A DNA stretch of 63,676 nt, the filler included, from Patellaria atrata CBS 101060 (taxonomy: Eukaryota), in the NCBI GenBank assembly GCA_010093705.1. It is 17 parts of 17 records of this genome, joined end to end, with 100 filler letters (N's around TTAATTAATTAA, not from the genome) between each part and the next. Parts side by side here need not be neighbours in the genome. Positions count along the whole stretch, not along the records: positions 50,427 to 53,725 come from MU006168.1; positions 53,826 to 57,116 come from MU006169.1; positions 57,217 to 60,458 come from MU006170.1; positions 60,559 to 63,676 come from MU006171.1; 13 more parts are not named here. The stretch is one strand, 5' to 3'. A program made the translations under genes and the position numbers. This document shows, in pieces, positions 50,606-63,500 of the stretch. Position 1 is the first letter of the stretch. Every line of letters begins with the position of its first letter. The notes under the pieces are model-generated. The model searched no databases. It was not told the origin of the DNA and saw nothing but the letters and a program-made list of their open reading frames with translations.

Positions 50606-53527
50606 TGTCATTATATAAACACTAGATAGAATCCGTAGTTGTACGGAGAAGGAAGCGACTACATTCAGTTACCCACAATCTCACAATTCTTATAGTAACT
50701 AGAGATAGTAAGCTAATCGCTTATACTACTATAATTACGATATTATCGTAATCTAGGGTTTCTAAACTAATATAATATTATCTTTTAGTTCTTATATTAG
50801 TGCTATTTTCGTTATTTTCTAAGATATAGATTTTATACTATTCTATCCGTTTTAGTATATATCTATAGTATATAATAGCTAGATAGAACCTCTCTTTTAA
50901 GAATTAAGCGATATATTCTATACATTTATAGATCTAGTTTATTTAATAGTTATAAACTTAGCCTTTATACTATTTTAAAGCTATATAACTTATTTAAATC
51001 TAATCCGTTTATACTCCTCTTTTAATCTATTATACTTATATCTTTTAACGAATAGTTAAACTATCTTCACTATTATTTATTAAACCTAAAATCTCTTATA
51101 CTATTAATTAGTTATATCGACTTTAATAAACTTCTCGTCGTCTACTATATCGTCTATCCTTTAAGAGATATCTTTAATTAGTAAGCCTAGTTCTTAGTTA
51201 TTAAAGGAAGAGCTAAATTCGATTAAATATAAAAGTATTACGATCCGGATCTCCCGTTAAAGCCGGTGTTACTATTAGGTGGAGAAATGCTATAATATAT
51301 CTAAGACTAGGTGACGACTAGGAAGACTCTAGATAGAGAGATAAGCTAGATAATAGCACTATTCTATAACGCCTATAGAGTTATCGTAAAGAAGTAAGAT
51401 TAGAAGAGAGCTAAAATAGCTAATCTATTTATATTAATTATTAATATAATATCTATAGATAATTTACCCTTAAGTGAGGATACTAAGGAATCTTACTTAT
51501 TACTTAAAAAGTTAAAAGATCGCTTTTAGCTTAATAATTAGACGGTAAGAGAAGAGGCTTATAATAAATATAAATATTATCTTTATACGGCTAAAAAGAT
51601 AAATATAGATACTTAGTATATAATCTTTTTAAATCTCTACGATAGATATATATTATATAAAGTAACTAAGTTTAGTGGAGAGTAGTTAACTAGAGATATA
51701 CTAAGCTATATCTCTAAAGCTTATCTATAGTAGATAATATTAAAAATCGTAAGTGTGGATAAAAAGCGATTCGCTAGTCTTTAAGTCGAGATTTCCGATA
51801 TAATCTCCTATTTCCGGAACTTCTATAGAGTATAAATTCTTAAAGAACTAACCGGAAGTGTTTTAACTATCTTTTAAGGCTAGTCTACTATAGAAACTAA
51901 TATTTAAACGTTAATTTCGTCGGATAAGAAATTATCTAAACCGGATACTATAAAAATTTACTTATACGAAAAGAAATACCTTTAGTCTTAATGCTAGTAT
52001 ATTAACACTAAGGTCTCTAAATCGAAAGACTACTCGGAAATAATATAATAGATAGTTAACACGAAGATTCCGGAGCTAATATTATTTGGATAGACGGCTA
52101 TCTAACGTATTAAAGCTAAAGCTAGTAAATCCGATAAAAACGATAAAAGCGATAAAAGCGACTTTAAGTAAGGAGATATTATTACTTTCGTTAGAGGAAT
52201 CGTCTTAAGGCCGGTTAGATCCGTTCTATTAACTCTCGATTTAAAGAGTAATAACTAGCTTTATAACTTTATTCTTTTAGATTTTAGATCTAGTCTTTAT
52301 ATTTATAACGATTTAGCTTAGTTTACTATCGAAAGTTATTATACGGAATAATGGATTTAAGTTGGAAAGGGAATATACTAACTCTTAATAAAGGGTAGGT
52401 GGACTATAGAAGTGGAAGGTTTTATAGAAAAACGGAATCTCTATCTAATAGAAGCTTATCTTTACCCGGATTTTAACGCCTTTATCGTCGGCTTAAAGCT
52501 AATAAAGAAGAAGCGTAGTATCTACTAAAACTATCGAAGCGATTATCTTAAATTTAGTGATAGTATTAAGATATATAAAGTTCTAGAAAAAGGTAATCAC
52601 TATCTATTAAACTATAAAGAAGTTAGTAAATCTACCGAATCTATTTTCGCGGCTTATAAGTTTACGGATTCGAGACCCCTAATTAATGTTATAACGAGAT
52701 ATTAGCACTAAATTATAGATTATACTAGTCTAGAAGCAATTTAGTATTTAATAATTAGAGTAATTAAAGTTAAAATAGATAACTGAGTATTATTTACTAT
52801 TAAGTGTAAAGTCTATATTATCTTAAAAGTAACTAAATTAGTAAGTAAACGACTACGCGGGCTAGAGAATCTAGTAACACGTATCTTTTAAAGAGTATTC
52901 TTTAATATTATCTCTTTCCCTCTTAGCTATAACGGCTATCAATATTTTAGATACTACCGAGATATTTACTCCTTCTAAATTAATCTAGAAACGTTAGTAA
53001 TAAAGCTAGCTACGAATATAAGTAATAGAAAGTACTTTAAATGGACGAAAACTTAATTTAGAGAGAAGGTTTAGATATTTTATAGTGATAACGAAACGTC
53101 CTTTAGAAAAATGCATTAATAGCTATTAGACGAGACCGGAACGATTATAGAGCCTTTAGCTCTAGATATATCGGGCTAAAACGATAATACTAAACGCTCT
53201 AAAAGGGTGATACTAACTAAAGCACGCACGTTAGCGATAGATGCTATAATTCCGTGGGAGTTATAGCTAGAAGTGGTGGTAGTAGTGGCTTATATAAGCA
53301 ATCGGACTCCCTATAAAGCTCTTAACTGGAAGACTCTTTTAAAGTTATAACCGGACGGAAGCTAGATATTAGTCACCTTAAAACGTACGGCTATAGGGCA
53401 TACGTACTCGATAAGCATATTCCATATTTATAGAAGCTCTAGCTAAGAGCTCTAATTGGTTACTTTATTGGATACGACTCTACAAATATTTACAGAATCT
53501 GGGTTCCTAGCAGGAAACGGGTGTTCC
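50606..53527 (+). mobile_element. Ty1/Copia LTR retrotransposon relic, heavily RIP-degenerated, truncated after integrase
   Basis: Very AT/TpA-rich with no ORFs. Residual translation F(H/Y)SDNETS and HLKTYG(C/Y)RAYV...IGYFIGYDSTNIYRIWVP (Copia integrase/SH3-like). Probable 5' LTR from TGTCA at 50606; LTR bounds approximate. Confidence 0.85.
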
Positions 53528-53852
53528 TAACTGCAATGCTTAAATCAGTAAATGTATAACTGATTTAAATGTGGACCGTGCGCACCTAAAGAGCAGGGGT
53601 ATTACTGATTTAAAAAACTTGCTGCAAATTAGTAAAGGGTAAATCTTCAAGTAAATGCAGATATAATTCGATAGAAAGGTAAAATCAACCTTACGCAATC
53701 AGCCGGTCAAATTAGATTTTTTATANNNNNNNNNNNNNNNNNNNNNNNNNNNNNNNNNNNNNNNNNNNNTTAATTAATTAANNNNNNNNNNNNNNNNNNN
53801 NNNNNNNNNNNNNNNNNNNNNNNNNACTAACACCCCACCCCCCTTATTTCAG

Positions 53853-54266
53853 CGCCGTCTCCCCTGGAAATCAACCCTCCAGCTTTCCCTCTCCCTCTCC
53901 CTCGTCAACCCAGCCCTCTGGTACCTCCTCGACCGCAGCACCACGGGCCTCCTCCTCTCCACCGCCATCGGCGTCCTCGGGACCTTCATCCTGCTCATCA
54001 TTAATCCTGCGCTTGTACCTTCGCCCACGGTGCCACGGGGTAATGCTACGGTTGTGTATGCGCATCCCGGGTTGGGTAAAGGGGGGAAGGGGTTGGGAAT
54101 GGGGGTGGGGGTCGGCTATGAGGGCGTCGCGATGGCGGTTTGGTTGGGGAGTGTGCTGTTTTGCAGTTGTGTTTGTTTTGGGAATATTGGGCGGAGGGTT
54201 GCCGTTATTGGGAGGGGTGTGGGGAGGGAGAGTGGGAGGGGGTACGGGGTAGGGGATAGGGGATAG
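53853..54266 (+). CDS. INSIG-family (Nsg1/2-like) membrane protein, last exon
   Basis: After CTAAC...TTTCAG: RRLPWKSTLQLSLSLSLVNPALWYLLDRSTTG...VWLGSVLFCSCVCFGNIGRR. Confidence 0.88.
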   Translation, partial: RRLPWKSTLQLSLSLSLVNPALWYLLDRSTTGLLLSTAIGVLGTFILLIINPALVPSPTVPRGNATVVYAHPGLGKGGKGLGMGVGVGYEGVAMAVWLGSVLFCSCVCFGNIGRRVAVIGRGVGRESGRGYGVGDRG

Positions 54267-54970
54267 GATTAATGTGGAATTAAAAATATTAGCTGGTTTG
54301 GACTACCTTGGACGGAGGAAATCTCTAGATAGGTGCAGAGGTGTTCTTCTCTGTTAATTTACGCTGGCTTGAAGGCCGGAGTTTGAAGTCTGTTCGTGGC
54401 CTTTCTGTGCGTTGGGGTCGCTTCGTAACCCCTTTCGTCGCTTTATCTGCTTGCGTAGGGTATGATCGACTCCGCTCTGTTCACTCGGTAGCTTAAGAAT
54501 GGCAGATCGGAGTGGTACGGTAGGTAAGGTATCGTAAGAGACCAAAGGCCGCCCGCGCCTGCCTGAAGTAAACCCGAAACGACCTGTCCAAAAGGCCGGG
54601 GGGGAGGAGGGGGGTTAGGCTCACGCCTCCCCTTCCCTTCGAGCTTGCCATTTGTAGTGATTCGTAATGAGGTTAGACTATCCCTCCCGTCGCGATATCA
54701 ACCTGAGCGCACATTCCTACGTTTCCTCGTCCGACCAGATAAAACAGACGTGATGTACAATAGTAGTCATAAATAAAAAAGAAAATTCATCTATTCAAAA
54801 CCCTTTCCTTTGTCATGATGATCATGCAACCCAATCGCCCGCCCTATCCGGTACGCCCCCGAAGACTTCACGCGCCGAAGACGCAAACGCGGAGTCATGA
54901 TAAAACCAACCAAACACCAAATAACAAAAATCTCCCCTTTCCTTGACACCTCTACCGCTCCCCTTCCCCC

Positions 54971-56841
54971 TCAACAAAAAAACTTATACACCTTCTTCCA
55001 CCTCGGCCACGCCGCCCTCTCCGCCCTCTCCTCCGCAATCAACTCTGCAAGATTAAGCTCCCGAATCCCCGAATGCAAATCCATATTATGGCTCCTAACA
55101 AACGGGGTCTTGTAAACCAATTTATACGGGACATAAAACGCCAATATGACCGGAAACGCCAAATACGCCTGGAACCAATTCTGGACCAACTCCGAATTGG
55201 ACATAGACGCGTATCCGACGGGGGCGAAGCCGGTCCAGAACTGTGCGATGAGGACGAGGATGTTGAGGGCGAGTCCGATCCAGGACCCTATAATCCCGGG
55301 CTGGGAGCGGAAGGCGAGCTCGTCGAGGGTGTGGCCTTGGACTTTCCAGCCCTTGCGGAAGCGGATGTGGGCGCCGCAGATGGAGCCCCAGGTGAAGATG
55401 GAGGAGAGGCCGGAGATGGCGAGCATCCAGTCGAAGGCTTCGGCCTGTTTATCCGAGCCGGCGATGAAAGCGAGGAAGCCGAGGATGGAGGCGATGGCTA
55501 TGCCGACGATGGGGCGGCCTTTGCGGTCGATGTAGGCGAGGAAGCGGGGTGCTTGGCCTTGTTCGGCGAGGGCGGCGAGGGTGCGGGAGGAGCCGTAGAT
55601 GGAGGAGTTGCCGACGGAGAGGACGGCAATCATGATGACGACGTTCATGACGGAGGGGAGGCCGTCGATGCCGGCGTTCGTGATGGCGATGACGAAGGGG
55701 GAGGCGCTGGCGTCGGCGTTGGAGTTGCCGCGCAGGAGGCGCTCGTCGTTGTGGGGGACCAGGAGTCCGACGAGCGTGAGGGAGACGATGTAGAAGAGCG
55801 TGATGCGCCAGAAGACCTGCTTGACGGCTGTCGGGAGGGATTTGCGGGGGTTGGCGGTTTCGGCGGCGGCGAGGCCGACGAGTTCCGTGCCGGCGAAGGC
55901 GAAGGCTGCCGTGACGAAGACGGAGCACACGCCTTTGAAGCCGTTGTGGACCGCGCCTGGGTCGTTCCAGTATCTGCCGCCGATGTATTCGCCCCTAGGT
56001 CCGCCGCCGCAGTTGAGGATGATGCCGAGGATGATGAAACCGATGACGGCGATGACTTTGATGATTGAGAAGACGAATTCGGCTTCACCGTAGCCCCTGA
56101 CGCCGAACAGGTTAATGGAGATGATCAAGACGAGGAAAATGGAGACCCAGGCGTCGTTGTTGATCGAGCCCTTGTTCCAGTATTCGATTGTTATGGATGC
56201 CGCTACAATTTCGAGGGGTAAGACGATAAGCCATTGCATGGCATAGCTGTGGAATGTTAGGCATCTTTCCACGAATGTGTCTCGGGGGACTTGGACTCAC
56301 TTCCAACCCATGGCGAAGCCCCAGGCTGGATCCAAGAATCTGGTCGAGTAGGCCGAGAAGGAACCGGCGACTGGGAACAGGACGGCCATTTCACCCAGCG
56401 CATGCACCGTACAGTACAACATGATACCAATGATACCATAGCCGATAAGAAGTGAAGCGGGACCACCTCTTGCGAGAGCGGTACCCGAGCCGACGAAGAG
56501 ACCGGTACCTAGTGGTGGGTTAGACGTTTCCGAGAAGGGTGCGATTCCGGTGACGACATACCGATGGATCCTCCGATAGCAATCATCTGCAGATGACGAC
56601 CTTTGAGTTTCCTCGCAAGAGGGGATTCCGCAGTAGCGGCAGCCGCCGTTTCGACGTCGAATACCTTTCCATCAGCACCGACGGCGCCTTTCGGGGTCGT
56701 GTGGGCGTTGGGATCCCTCTTGAAGCTGTCGACGAAGCGCGTAGTCCACGATCTTTTGTGGTCGGCCGCGTCGCCATATGATGGGGAACTGGAGCCGGCA
56801 TGGTAACCGTTATCCGAGGCTGGTTTTTCCAGGTCACTCAT
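54971..56841 (-). CDS. GAP1: General amino acid permease (YAT/APC family)
   Basis: LKGRHLQMIAIGGSIG/TGLFVGSG, GEMAVLFPVAGSF, YGEAEFVFS, FAFAGTELVG, C-terminal FFC palmitoylation-type motif. Introns about 56509-56560 and 56245-56300. Confidence 0.93.
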
Positions 56842-57216
56842 CTTGAAGGGCGTGTTTCAGTGTTCGATATCCAGAGGTTGGGGCGATACCCAAAACCCGC
56901 GATAAGGGGATCTGTGTTGGAAGACAAAACGACAATACTACACTACCAGTGTGTCGCGATCTCCAGGATTAGAGTTCCAGAAAATAAGAATAGAAAAAGG
57001 GAAGTTTGGTAGATGGGTGTGAGTGACAGTCACCCAACAGCCCGTAAGGGGCTCTCTCGGACTATAAAGCTGTTTCGATGATAGAGTATGGAGGATTGCA
57101 GGGTGGCACTTTAACGNNNNNNNNNNNNNNNNNNNNNNNNNNNNNNNNNNNNNNNNNNNNTTAATTAATTAANNNNNNNNNNNNNNNNNNNNNNNNNNNN
57201 NNNNNNNNNNNNNNNN

Positions 57217-57311
<95 letters not shown>

Positions 57312-57332
57312 TATAATACTAATAATAATAAT
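57217..57332. repeat. (AAT)n microsatellite
   Basis: More than 30 ATA units at contig start. Confidence 0.97.
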
Positions 57333-60300
57333 CGAAATCTCCCAAGACATGACTCTCTAAGGAAACACTCAACCCTCGAAGATCTTGCCACAGCAGTAGA
57401 AGATGTAAAGTTTCGCAGGTAAGAGTCACAACTCCGATAACAGCGTTGAGAGGATAAAAGGAAAAGGAAGGCGGTCAGCTGTTGCATCATATGGTGCATA
57501 CGTATACCAATTCTATGCGAACAGCTGCGAGATGAGGTCTCTCCTTACCTGTCCCTCACTCTTCTTTGGTCTGTCTTCCAACCCAACCGAGACCGCCTGA
57601 GCGACTTCTGGCGTTTCATTCGCTACGAGCGATATATTTCCTTTTATCTCCATACGCATTTCTCCGTGCAGCTTCACGGTAGCTGGAGATGTCTGCCTAT
57701 ACCGCCCTCTTCACCGCACTAGGAAGGCAGCATCTACGGCTGGTTGGTGACAGAGTCCTTAGATACATTTCCCCGCATACAGGTCGCCCACCCCCTTTGC
57801 ATACTCTTGCAAGGTGTCTGCTCGGAATGACTTTTCCAGAAGTACTGGTAGTCATAGAGCAATATCAAAAGGTACCGTATGACAGAGAAGAGACAATTTA
57901 GGACAAGACGAGAAACTCACCTCAGACATGACTCACCACTAGAACTACCCCAAGTTAGTTCCTTTCAACTTTCAGTAGGAGAGCCCTACATATACAGTAC
58001 TGCATCTCGTGCATGCACCAAAATGTCAATAGTCCGTGATGCAGGTCTTGCGCAGCTCCCGCATGTACTTGTACTCCACGGAAGGTCTATCGCCGCCCGT
58101 TGACGCTGCGGCAAAGCGATTCATAGAACATGGCTTCTTCCGCTCAGCATCGGCTCGTTGCAGGAAGCCATTCTCCCGAAGATGCTCATCATTGGTCTAC
58201 GATCTCTGACAACCATCCCACTCACCCAGCGTCCTGGGAGCTGTAGGGTGTGGGTCGTACGGAGTTCTGGTAAGAGATGTACGGTGATGTGCTGAATTGT
58301 GGCTTCGAGCATCGGAGCGTGACATTCTTGCGTCTTTGGGGGGGGAAGGGGAGGGAGAGGATTCTCTCAAGGTCTGGGCGGAGATATTGACTTCTTTTCT
58401 GCTGGCGCTTACAGGTTCCGCCATGCATCAATTCGTACTCCTCATTCAAGCGAAGATGGTTTTTTTTTCTCTGTTTTCCCTTCGCGATTTCGGGTACATG
58501 GTAGTATGTAAGACTCAGAACTTACGGATTAGCCACATTTTTGGCATTTTTCAGGGCGCGAAAGAAAGCCGCGGAGGAGATCCGATTCAAACCAAAAAAG
58601 ATGGTGGCTTGAAGCTGGCTTCTGCCGAATCTGCGACTCTTTTTTGACTAGTGTCTCTTCGACTTCTCTGAACTTTTGTCAGCGATCTGGGCGAATAATG
58701 TTGGGGTTGCGTTAGAAATTCTCCGTGTTGGCTTGAGAGCGCGCGTTGTCAAATACAGTCTCGTAGAATTTGCACCAATTGTGTCGCCTAGGGCAAGACT
58801 TGCTCTGTCAAGCAGTCGAGCTGACAATAGCAGCTCTTGCTCCGATGCAGATCCATTCATTCGTCGTTCGAGTGGAATTCTCGGATGCATCCGAGGGCCA
58901 GTACTTTGGTCGTTTGTACCCTCAGACAACGGGAGATAGACATTGAAACTGACAAAAGGAGATGGAAAAGCATGAAGGACATGACTTATTCAAGGAGATG
59001 AGCAGAAGTAGGTCGTGAATGTAAAAGGATATCCATTCCATCTTTGTGAGAGTCATTCGTCTGTCAAACATGTCAGAAATACGTACAAGTATCTTATACT
59101 ATCACTGCTAATACTATACTCACGACAACCTAACATCCCTCTCTCACTCGAGTTCGCATTAGAATTCAGCCCTCCAAATTCTTACGAAACGACCGGTGAT
59201 CACGCTGGCTTCCACAGAACTTCTCGAAGCTCTGCCAACTCCCCCAGAAGAAGAAAAAAAGGTTCCATAGCCCTACCATCTCACCCCTACCCACCAAGGC
59301 CGTCCTCCATCGCATTCATCCTCACGGCTATTCTTCCCCACACAACACCAAGACCTATCATGACAGAAAGAAAAGGGAAAAAAAAAACAGCAGAAGGTCA
59401 CAAGCACGACGCACGACCTCCTTCTCCACACTTTCCCTCAACCCCTGTATTCATGTCCCTTTTCCACCCAGGCCAGCCGTACCTTAATCTATCGGCAGAA
59501 TGCATCCAGAAGAATCCCTCACCCAATCGCAACCTCACCTCCTCCAAAGGCCCACCAATATCACCGTCCTTCTATCATATCGCCTTGCCTCTACAGCCGG
59601 GGAAAAAGAAAGAAGAAGCGCAGACCAACGAACCAGTTTGAACTTCATGCAAGAAAACCTACCTTACCTTACCGCATGCACAAACTCTCCCCCCTGAAAT
59701 AATCCTTTACCTTAAGGTCAACGAACCTTAAGCGCGCTATGCTACCCCACAAAAACACATCACCTCACCTCAACCCACCCCCCTCCCCCGCAAAAAAGAT
59801 GATATCGCATGTTTCAGCCCTTCTCAAACCGGAAGATTTCCCTCCCCTCACCTTCCCTTAATCCCGCATGATCTGCCCGCGAACCCTGTAGAACCTGCAA
59901 ACTCACTCCTAACAAGCTTGCCAAACTAGCAAGGACCTAACCATCTCGCACCATTCCCTCAAGGAACAAGAAGAAGAAAGAAAGAAAGGAGCGGCCCATC
60001 CAGTCACGGAGGCGGACTCCAGAACGCTCTGTTCCTGTCACGGCCTGGGTAAGAAAAGGGCGTTCAAGACCCGGCCCCTGGCGACTTCCTGTACGCTCAA
60101 GAGCCGTACAGCGATCGGGTGACAGCATCCCATCCCATCTCCTCCACTACCGTACCTTACCTTGCACTACTCTCCTACTCTTCCCTCTCACCATCCCCAG
60201 CAACGCTTTCTCTTCGTCCCTGGCAGCAACCATCAAGCCCACATCACACCCCATGATCTCCCATCCCGCACCGACCTCAAACCAAGGAAAAACTCCAAAA

Positions 60301-60558
60301 ATCTCAGCACGGAAAGGAAAAACAAGCACACCAGAACCTCGCATCAAGCTCTGACCCCCCCCCCCTCGGAACCAGGGGCGAGAGAGATCGTGTATATGGC
60401 ACGCGGGCCGGTGGAACTGCTCTCTCGAAAATCCGGGGGAGGGATCGCGCCACTACTCNNNNNNNNNNNNNNNNNNNNNNNNNNNNNNNNNNNNNNNNNN
60501 NNTTAATTAATTAANNNNNNNNNNNNNNNNNNNNNNNNNNNNNNNNNNNNNNNNNNNN

Positions 60559-63500
60559 ATGCCGTTCGGCTTGACCAACGCCCCAGCAACGTTCCAAGCA
60601 GTGATCAATCATGCACTGAGAGAGTATTTGGACGTATTTGTAACTGCTTACCTAGATGATGTGCTAGTGTACACGAACGGAACATTCGAAGAGCACAGGG
60701 AGCACGTGAAGAAAGTATTGACGAAACTACGAGAAAAGAGACTCCTAGTACACCCAGACAAGTGTGAATTCCATGTTAAAGAAACGGAATTCCTAGGCTT
60801 CATCGTTACCACTGAAGGCATACGAGCAGACCCAAAAAAGATAGCCGTAATCCAAGATTGGCCAACACCGAAAAACGTAAAAGATGTACAATCGTTTTTA
60901 GGTTTCGCGAACTACTATAGAAAGTTCATCCAGGGGTACTCGAAGGTAACAACGCCGCTGTCAGAGTTAACAAAGAAGGAAAATGCCTTCGTTTGGACAG
61001 AGAAGGCACAGGAAGCATTCGACGAACTTAAGAAGAAGTTCACCATAGCACCTATCTTAGTCATGTTTGACCCAGAGAAATCGATAGTGCTAGAGACTGA
61101 CGCATCTGATTATGCACTAGGTGCATGTATAAGTCAGCCAGATGAGAAAGGACGACTACACCCAGTAGCCTTTCATTCACGAAAATTCACGGCCGCAGAG
61201 CTAAACTACGACGTACACGACAAAGAATTGTTAGCAATCGTCGACGCATTCGAACAGTGGAGGTCATACCTTGAAGGACCCAAGTACACTGTAAAAGTTT
61301 GGTCAGATCACCAAAACCTGACAAACTTCCTCACAACAAAGAAGTTGAATCGAAGACAAGTAAGATGGGCAGAAACACTCGCATCTTTCAACTTCAAGAT
61401 ATTCCATAGACCAGGAGTCGAAAACAAACTAGCCGATGCTATGAGTAGAAGATCCGACTACCTAGAAGGAACGAAACCGGTACATGACGCGGTACTGAAG
61501 AAAGAAAACGACGCGATCACCTACAATCAGCCAAAATTAGCTGTAATGCTAATAATCGAATCCACGAGAGAACAACAAATTCGTGATGCCTATCAGAAGG
61601 ACAGTATGATAGAGGAGTTCCGAAAGGGTAGCGACCCTAGAGCAACACAAACAGCTCAAGGAACATGGCTATACGACGGGCTCGTATATGTGCCAATGAC
61701 ACTACGAAAGACTCTTACCAAAGAGATCCACGAAGCACCAGCACATGGTCACCAAGGCATTGACAAAACCTTAGAAAGGATCCTAAGGAACTACTACTTC
61801 CCAGGGGTAAGAAGTACAGTGAAGAAAGTCATCTCAGAGTGTAATGACTGCGCACGGAATAAAAGTGCAAAACATGCACCTTATGGACAGATGCAACACA
61901 TTGAGCCACCAAAGCGAGCATGGGACTCAATAACGATGGACTTCATCACAGGTCTACCAGGATCCAAAGATCCAGCAACAGGAGTAGAGTATGACGCGAT
62001 ATTAGTTATCGTAGAACGACTAACAAAGTTCACCTACTTCATACCAGCAAAGACAACAATGACAGCACCACAAGCAGCAGCATTAGTGATGAGGACAGTG
62101 CTAGCAAATCACCAGATGCCGAGAGAGATTATCTCAGATAGAGATAAACTATTCAAATCAGCGTTTTGGCAAACTCTAGTACAGGGTCTAGGGGTAAACC
62201 ATAAGCTATCAACGAGCTTTCACCCACAAACGGATGGCCAAACTGAGAGAATGAATCAATCTCTAGAGCAATACTTACGCAATTATGTGAATTACCAGCA
62301 GAACAACTAGGTAGAGCTACTACCAATGGCACAATTCGCACACAACAGCGCGAAATCCGATACCACGAAGGTTTCACCCTTCTATGCGAACTATGGTTTT
62401 GAACCGGAAGCATATCGTGAGCCGAGAACAGTTCAGAGCATTTCACAAGAAGCAACGTTAAAAGCAGAGCAAATCAAGGAATTGCACGCACAACTATCAC
62501 GAGACATAGCTTTCCAGACGACAAGGGCTGCGAAGTACAGTAATCAGCATAGGTCGCTGGAACCGACCTTTAAAAGGGGGGACAAAGTTTACTTGTTATA
62601 GAAAAACCTCAAAACAAAACGACCTAACAAGAAACTAGACCACAAGAAAATCGGCCCCTTTAGAATCAAACAGGTCAAAGGAAAAGTCAATTATGAGTTG
62701 GAATTACCACAAGGAATGAAGATACACCCAGTTTTCCATGTATCACTCCTAGAACCAGCACATGCTAATGCCAAACTCCAAACACGACCCACAGAACTCG
62801 AGGAAGAAGATATCTACGAGGTAGAACGAATCTTAGACCTGCAACGAGTAAATGGTCAGTACAAGTATTTAGTAAAATGGAAAGGCTACGAACACGTAGA
62901 TAACACGTGGGAACCACTCAAGCACTTGACGAACTGCGATCAGAAACTTGAACAGTTTCATCGCCAAAACCAGGGAATTCCAGACCCTCGAGGGCAGAGA
63001 AATCCAAACCAGACCAACCAGAGGGAGACACGACAGCGGAGGAAGGAGGAGCGACCGAGGAAGCTCGCTGCCCTTCGGCTGCTCGCTCCAAAGCCTCAAG
63101 TTCCTCGATGGAACCAAGCTCACGACGAGACATCTCAAATTCCTTCTCTTCAAGGGAACGAAGTTGGTTGCGGAGGCGACGCACACGAGCCTGAAGGGAT
63201 TCTTGCTCGTCCTCAGCAGCAGCTAGCTCGGAGCGAGTACGAGCCTTTAAAGCATCGAGCTTATCCCAATCCTTTTGTGTCACCACAAGATCGCATTTTG
63301 AACCACGAGCGAGACACTCAGAACAGAAACCAGAAGGAATATCGACAATACAAGAACGAGAGAAACGACGACAAGCGGAACAGGGAGTCGGCATGGGACG
63401 ACCGTGTAGAGCAACACGGGCAGCGTAACGTCGGCGGCGGACTGGACGGGGTTCAGCTTTTGGCATCTCGAAAGAAAGGAAAGAGAGGTGCGTACGACTT

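Noticed and set aside
54555..54600. Hammerhead-like CTGAAG...GAAAC...GTC
   Set aside because: Core is not CUGANGA and stems I and II do not form.
55073..56068. 331-aa plus-strand ORF antisense to GAP1 (and similar shadows over the MFS, SYLF and LYAR genes)
   Set aside because: Expected by-product of high-GC3 codon usage on the opposite strand; no recognisable motifs, unlike the retrotransposon antisense ORF.
57333..60458. ORFs on this contig, including 59015-59641 (208 aa)
   Set aside because: Low complexity, no recognisable domains or consistent exon chain; also not the GAP1 promoter because a spacer intervenes.
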